A model generated the notes under the pieces. That model did no database searches and had not been told where the DNA came from. It saw only the letters and a program-made list of their open reading frames with translations. A stretch of DNA of 56,967 bases, the filler included, from Dirinaria sp. TL-2023a (Eukaryota), in NCBI GenBank assembly GCA_051941275.1. It is 5 parts of 5 records of this genome, joined end to end, with 100 filler letters (N's around TTAATTAATTAA, not from the genome) between each part and the next. Parts side by side here need not be neighbours in the genome. Positions count along the whole stretch, not along the records: positions 45,679 to 56,967 come from JAVEBF010000857.1; 4 more parts are not named here. One strand, given 5' to 3'. Both the position numbers and the translations under genes were made by a program. Within the stretch, counting starts at the first letter, position 1. Each line of letters opens with the position of its first letter. This document shows positions 50,546-56,967 of the stretch, in pieces.

Positions 50546-51888
50546 ATGTATTGTATTCTATCTAAGTAATCTATCTAACCCCCTGTGTTGCTGTGTTGTG
50601 CTGGGCGGTTGTTGCTAGGGTTTTTGAGGTGCGCCCCTGAACCTGTCAGTTCCTAAACCTCCCCTGCCTGTTCGAGTCTTGCGACTCGGACAGACGAACC
50701 CCCAGAACCCTCAAATCTTACCTGGTTAGCCCCATGGCCGGAACAGGTGAAATACCTGGTGAACCTCACGGTTCGAACAGGCGACCCTCAGAATCTGCCG
50801 AGTAATGTTAGCGCGCACCTTAACCATTGCACCACCAGGCTCTTGACATAGTATAACATTGCTTTAAGCACCAATATATATTGTATTCTCAATGGATGAT
50901 TTTCCATTTTCACCAGCATTTCGCAACGCCAACAACAATAATGGCACTTGATAAAAGGTTCTTAGACCATTTTCTAAGTGTCCAGTGGTTTTCAGCCTGT
51001 CAAGAAGAGTTCTGGTGGAGCGATTGTCCTTTGCATGTCGACGATGCTTAGTCATCATTGGATTTTCTCCCAGCATTCTTTCCCCAATGTATAATCTCAG
51101 GACAAGGCCAAGGTTTGATCCAATACCTGCACCTGAGAGCTAGCGATAGGGGTTTACCCTGGGAGCTTGTTTTCTTTCTTCCTCTTAATCAAGCCTTTGC
51201 AGCTTCAGGTCAAGAACTTGCTCAGCAGTGCTCTTCTTCCAATATCTCGAACGAACCATCGTTAAATAAGAATATTTCTTACATACACATAATAAAAGGC
51301 CCAGACTTACATACTTCCCACTACACCTGATCACGGGAACTGCGGCACGGTGGAGCGCTGCTATGGTGGCGCTGCCATGGTCGATCCACCGACTGGCTGT
51401 TATTGCAGCCCAGCAATTTGAAAAGAAATACAGCGCTAGCAGTGCTCTTCAAGCCAACGACTGATACGACAATGTCCTGTCAATTTTTTGGCAACGGGGA
51501 GCAATCACAGCATAGGAGCAGCATAGAGGAGGACGATCAAAAAGTCCCCTACGCACATCAATCTCGACCTCGCAAGGGTCAATGATCCAGTTCATGGGCG
51601 GATAGGTCGAAAATCACCTGCGTCTGACAGATTTGGATGGCACACCTGGTAAAACAAGAGCGACAGTAGGGCGAATTTTGTACCTGTTAAGCGAGGTGAG
51701 GTTGCCATCACCCAAATCGAGACTGGCGGCGTCTTGGCTACCGCCTACCGGAGCGCATGCACGATTAGGTCATGCGTCAAGGGGAACACTTCTGTGCGTC
51801 TTAAGGTAGTGAGGTTCTCGCCGACGTGACTTGAGCTATCAGACATTGTGGTCATTCTGCTCCCTACTACTGCCTGACTTATGTAGTC

Positions 51889-52682
51889 ATGGGAACCCCT
51901 TCAATCACGCAGCGCAAGCACTACAGGCTGGTGGGTATTACACATCCAAAACTTGCTGAAGTATATCATTGTCGAGCTAATACATGCTGTAGGTGCCAGG
52001 TGAACCTGAAGAGCCTACTTCCACAGTCGTTTTGACCTCCTTCACATCCCATTATGTTGATATCCGCATTAACAAAACCAAGCATCAAGAAGAGTCGCAT
52101 CAGAATCTGGAGACCAATTCATTAGGGATACTGGACTGGGCATTCGCGGGAGTATCGAGAGTCACAAAAGGCGAAACTCCAAGTCATCCCTCTCACACTG
52201 TCTGGCAGCACTGGTTGGACTCTAAAAGCGACTACCCAGCGCGCGATGAGGGTGATATGTACCCGCAAGGTAACGGGGAAGTCCTGGAGAAAGGCTTTCA
52301 GAAGAATCCTGAGACCGGGGAACAGACTGAATACGAGGAGCTATGGACAGATCTAGACATCGATATCATACCCGAAGAAGGCGGAAGGTACAGCACCGTG
52401 CTTAAAGCCGAAAGCGGAGATGCAAAAGGGCTATTCATCAGGATTGGAGGCTGGTGCCAGGGAATATTGAAGGCAGGTCATGATTTGACTGTGGAAAGAT
52501 GGAGGTGGGCGTCTGAAGAGAACGACCCACATCAAGGTCTAGGTTACTGGAAGAAGATTGTGAGGATTGGCAATGGTGAGATGCCATCGCCAACTCTTTT
52601 TCGGGCCGCGGCCGACGAGGCAGATACGGCTGTGGTTTCAGGCAACCTTAAGTGGGAGGTAATTGAAAACCATCGCTGGTAG
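51889..52682 (+). CDS. HRI1: Protein HRI1 family
   Basis: Exon 1 51889-51930 and intron 51931-51992. Motifs EPTSTVVLTS..HYVDIRI, LDWAFAG, WQHWLDS, DEGDM, YEELWTD and IRIGGWCQGI. Confidence 0.88.
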
Positions 52683-52998
52683 GCTGAAAATTCACCATAG
52701 GAAGCTCCTTCTTTGGTCGATGCAAGGGCTGAGTGAACAGCCCCCAAAGCACGTGATGTTCTTTGCCCCGTAATTACTGCATTCCGTTTCATTCATGACC
52801 TCCTCATGATCTGGCTATTCAGCTACCTTACTCCCACCTCTTTTCATACTCATATGGTCCATCATGTAGATAGTATGCCTCTGTTGCCCTGCTCTTTCCC
52901 TATGCGGACATTACTCGTGACTGATCGGCCGGTCATCTGTGCATCTTAAACCTTCAGCCTCACCTTATCCATAAAGATTCTGTGGCTGTCTAGCGATC

Positions 52999-54646
52999 AT
53001 GCCTGGCCTTGTGCGAGAGGACTATACGCAACTCGACTACGTGAACAGACAAGATGACCCTCTTTTCACCGGACCACCGTCTCCCACAGCACTATCACCT
53101 CTTTCCCCGTCCGCGCAAGGCCGCAAACATGTTCGGTTCATACCTTCGCAGATGGACCCCCTCTCCGCAACCGATACAGAAGCGGCGCGCGAAAGCCCAC
53201 TCAAATTGTTCGTCAAGGATGCTGGAGTCCTGTTCACACTATTACAATGGCTCCCGTGGGTATTCCTTCCTTTCAGGACGAGCAATCCCAATGGAGAACT
53301 TTACTTGAGTCTAGCAAACCTGCGGAGCATGGCATTGCAGTGTGTTTTGCTGGGCTGGGAGACAGTCTTTCTATGCGTTGCCCTTCCGGTCTGCATAGCC
53401 ATGCCAGGAGCTCTCTCCATCCCACTTGCCGCCTGCTGCTGGCTCGTCATATATGCGCTTGCAAGATTCGGACAGGGACCAAGATTTGCATACTCCAAGA
53501 TGGATGAGGCAACAAAGGCACGGGCAAAGAGCCATGAGCATGAGCGTTGGTTGTTTGTCAATGGAATCGCTACCGGGTGTGTGCTGCTGAGCCCTGCCGA
53601 ACATCCTTTTACTAACGCATGTTCAGCCATTCAGGACTGCAGAAGAACATCGATTGCCTTTCCGAAATATTCGGACGCCCTATCATCGGCATACACAACA
53701 AGACTTATGGTATGATCGCCGACGTCCTAGAATGTCTCGTTCAGCGCGACTTCTCCTACAATACAATGGATGTTCGAGTTACGTACGACTACCTCAAAGC
53801 CTGTTTATGTGATCCAACCATTCACAAAATCATTCTTATCGCGCACTCTCAAGGCGGCATCATCGTTTGTATGGCACTCGACCATCTTTTCGCTGACTTA
53901 CCTCGTGATGTCTTCTCGAAGCTGGTAAGTGTTTCTAAGCTAGCTTTATGGCTTCTGCGTCTGATATACGGGGCTTTCCTTCTTTTCAGGAACTTTACAC
54001 CTTCGGGTCCGCAGCCTCGCATTGCAACAACCCCCTTTCCGTCCCGAAGCCTCCCAAAGATGCAAGTGAAGCCAACAAAGGGCGCTGCATTCGCTACATC
54101 GAACACTATTGCAACGAGTACGATATGATAGCCCGTTGGGGCCCGCTCTACAATATCACCACTGTACTCGACAACCGCTACTGTGGCAGGGTCTTCGTAA
54201 GGATGGGCGCCACTGGGCATTTATTCAATCAGCACTACTTGGATGCCATGTTTCCACAAGCCTCGGCTAATCAGGAAGATCACACGAACGGGCACTCTAA
54301 TGGTATATCGAAGCTTGACCACATGGCGAACGACTTCCTAAACACTGTCGTTGACGTTCATGAGAGCTTAGCCTGGAATAGGGAGAGCACAGCCTTGAGC
54401 AAGATGGGCGTCATGCGTCGAGAATCAGAGGAAGGTCCATTTTTTGAGTTCGGCGATGGGAAAGTTGTGCCTGTCGATGCCCTGGTGGACGGGAAGGCCA
54501 AGGGCCGGAAGAAGGGCGAAATGAGCATCGAACTATTGAACGGCGGGACTGGAGAAGACAGCAATATCACCGATGCAAGGGGTAAACCAGTAAGGGAGCT
54601 GAGCCGGCTGTGGATGTACTTAGGAGGGGGGAGTCCAAAGGACTAG
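52999..54646 (+). CDS. Conserved fungal hypothetical protein with N-terminal TM segments and an alpha/beta-hydrolase-like domain
   Basis: Introns 53577-53626 and 53925-53989. Motifs ERWLFVNGIA, nucleophile-elbow LIAHSQGG, ELYTFGSAASH, IEHYCNEYDMIARWG and GHLFNQHYL. Confidence 0.8.
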
Positions 54647-55729
54647 TTTTTGTTCTATGAACGAGCGAGAACGAGGTTAAAGAGTCGTTGTTTGACTGAT
54701 CGAGGGGTTCTACTCAGGATTAGCTGAAGCTTATTCTTCATTTCTCAATCCCTTCATCGAAGTTGAGGTTCGTTGATTCTAGATAACGCAGTGGAGGTCC
54801 CTGTAAAAAAATCGCGCAAGGCTACTTGCTTGCTCATCCCGTAGCAAGAATACTTACTCGTTCCACCAGCCCGTCACTTCGTTTCTTTTCCCAGGTCCTT
54901 AGTCTTCTTTGGGTTCTCTTACCACTCTGCCGATACCACGAAAAATGCTGACCTCTTTGACAATGGCGGCTTCAATAATCCGTTGTTACCGATTTATCAT
55001 GAGTTGATAAGTGTACTTGTACTTGAAGTTATCGAGGTTAAGTATCAACTCAGAGACCAGCTCGGTTGTTCTTCGGTCCTCGGCTCGCGTCGAGCGTCTC
55101 TACCCCAAGATGCAAATTCTCTTGGCGCTTAGTAATGATCTGCTTTCATTTGCTCGGCCAAATTTTGCCTCATTTGGGCTTTTTCTATTCGCTTCGCATC
55201 GATTCCAATATGTGGCAAATTCCCATGGCAAGGGGAGCCTTTTCGAAACGCCTTTTGAGCCTGCATAGTAATTCACGTCTGCCTATCTTAGCACTGATGT
55301 GTAGGTCAGAATTACGCAGTCCGTACTGCAGGCATATGGACCTGAACAACCTTGAGCAAATGGAAGAACCTGATTTGCCAAGGAACCCATTTATTCGCTT
55401 CATCATACGCGTCACTAGTAGCAGCCTTCGGATCTGCCCAATAATGCCAGCCAGGGACACAACTTTCGGGCCCGAAGAGGTTTCGCTATATTGCTCCGGC
55501 CTTCCATTGGTTTCTTATGATTTCTCTTAGCTTCTTCATGCTTAGCTATCCCGCTGGCATACGTAGGTGTTTGGTTGCCTGTGGCTCATGTATATAGCGT
55601 GGCTTGACTCGCTATATTCTCCATCTCTCTCCATTATTAACCATCCTCAATCTTCAAAAGTCTACTTATTCTCATTCCGATCACTCAGACTGCTGTTTCA
55701 AAGACTATCAACTCTAGCATCACACCATC

Positions 55730-56605
55730 ATGCCTTCAGTACGCTACTTCAACCAGACAGCTCCTTTCTGGGACTTCATTGCAAACCTCGAATCTAACGG
55801 CGCGAACCATCCTTTTTTCGCCGCCTACAATCCCCAATCCCGTGACAATCACGGTGGACACGGGTCAGGACATCGCGGACCTAACCACCATGACGGACCA
55901 CCACCACCGCCACCCTCTGGCCAGGAAGGGCATGAAGGATCTCATCAACCAGGCGCACCGCCTCCAGACTATGAGGGCCCCGAAGCTCCACAACCTCCTT
56001 CCCCTCCCCACGGTGCTTGGGGCCCAGAGTTCCCCTTCGGTCGCCATTGGGGTGGTCCCCGACGTGGCGGTTGGGGAGGCCGCTGGCGCGGAGGCCATCG
56101 CGGTGGACCTCACCACGGCGGCCAACCATTTAGCGGCTGGCCCACTGGCGACTTCGACATGACCAAGCTTGGGGAATTCCTTTCCTCACAATTCGGTCTT
56201 GGTGGTGCATCCAGTGATCGTGAAGGTACAGCTCCAGGTAAAGATGGCAAAGACTTCGAACCGGCGGCCGATGTATTTGACACCGAGGACGCCTTCATCG
56301 TCCACATCTCCCTACCCGGAGCAAAGAAGGAAGACGTTGGCGTCAATTGGAACGCCGATCAGAGCGAACTGAATGTTGCCGGTGTTGTCTACCGCCCTGG
56401 TAGCGAGGACTTCTTGAAGACTTTGGCCCTTGACGAGCGCAAAGTGGGCGTTTTCGAGAGGAAGGTCAGGCTCGGCAGCCGAGCGAGCCCAGCACGCGTC
56501 GACATGGACGGTATCTCGGCCAAGTTGGAAGATGGAATCTTGATGGTCACTATTCCGAAGGAGGATAAAGACTTTGTTGATGTCAAGAAGGTTGACATCG
56601 AGTGA
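55730..56605 (+). CDS. Small heat-shock protein (HSP20/alpha-crystallin) with long Gly/His/Pro/RGG-rich N-terminus, 291 aa
   Basis: PAADVFDTEDAFIVHISLPGAKKEDV, ERKVGVFERKVRL, ISAKLEDGILMVTIPK and C-terminal VDI motif. Confidence 0.92.
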   Translation: MPSVRYFNQTAPFWDFIANLESNGANHPFFAAYNPQSRDNHGGHGSGHRGPNHHDGPPPPPPSGQEGHEGSHQPGAPPPDYEGPEAPQPPSPPHGAWGPEFPFGRHWGGPRRGGWGGRWRGGHRGGPHHGGQPFSGWPTGDFDMTKLGEFLSSQFGLGGASSDREGTAPGKDGKDFEPAADVFDTEDAFIVHISLPGAKKEDVGVNWNADQSELNVAGVVYRPGSEDFLKTLALDERKVGVFERKVRLGSRASPARVDMDGISAKLEDGILMVTIPKEDKDFVDVKKVDIE

Positions 56606-56898
56606 GTGCTATCATGTGGGAGGAGAGGCGAAGGGATGGATCAAAGGGTGGGCCATGGAGTTAATAATGTAAGGTAGTATTCAGTGGAACAGACTTAGAT
56701 AAATGTGAAATGAATCAAATTTCCCTCCAAGACACTTATCATTTAGTGATGTAGAATGATGCCCTTAGAAGCATTTTCGAAAGGCTGGGCTATACACAGC
56801 CTTGACAAGGTGTAATGACTGAAGCAACAGAAGCCAACCAAAACAAAACAAAATTCAAAGAAAAAAAAAATAAAAAAAATGAAAAAAATGAAAAAATT

Positions 56899-56967
56899 TG
56901 GGGGCCTGGGGACTCGAACCCCAGCCTATCCGAGTGCAAGGAGTCATCCGGCCCACTAGGCGATATC
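56899..56967 (-). pseudogene. tRNA-like element (degenerate tRNA or tRNA-derived SINE head), 5' end cut by the contig end
   Basis: The minus strand shows an A-box-like TAGTGG, a perfect T-arm TGGGG-TTCGAGT-CCCCA, an acceptor-like GGCCCCCA and then oligo-T runs. The D and anticodon stems pair poorly. Confidence 0.45.

Noticed and set aside
50138..50569. Phe-rich 'membrane protein' ORFs
   Set aside because: They are artefacts of a poly-T low-complexity tract.
1..56967. CRISPR arrays, rRNA genes, prokaryotic operons or non-canonical introns
   Set aside because: None seen. All introns I traced are GT-AG.

Overview
Nuclear DNA of a filamentous ascomycete (Pezizomycotina-type genes with short GT-AG introns and CTRAY branch points). 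The window is not contiguous. It consists of five contigs of 11329, 11322, 11316, 11311 and 11289 bp, in descending length order, joined by artificial 100-nt spacers (44 N + TTAATTAATTAA + 44 N). Contig 1 carries a CLIP-170/Bik1-like CAP-Gly protein, an orphan Cys-motif ORF, dynamitin, COQ6 and a truncated lipocalin-like gene. Contig 2 carries a Svl3/Pam1-like gene, DASH subunit Hsk3 and a Zn2Cys6 transcription factor. Contig 3 carries PAN2, PCK1, a class III sirtuin and a truncated ICP55. Contig 4 carries a Gfo/Idh/MocA oxidoreductase and a large CorA-tail protein, flanked by mutated repeat DNA. Contig 5 carries a Slk19/TACC-like protein, a small unannotated two-exon gene, HRI1, an alpha/beta-hydrolase-like protein, an HSP20 and a tRNA-like element. 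The most unusual signal is a Ty3/Gypsy chromovirus relic at 34268-35132 with no CC or GG dinucleotide over about 700 bp while CpA and CpG persist. Its codon changes indicate CpC->TpC mutation on both strands, a RIP-like process with a non-canonical target. All family assignments are by motif recognition, not database search.
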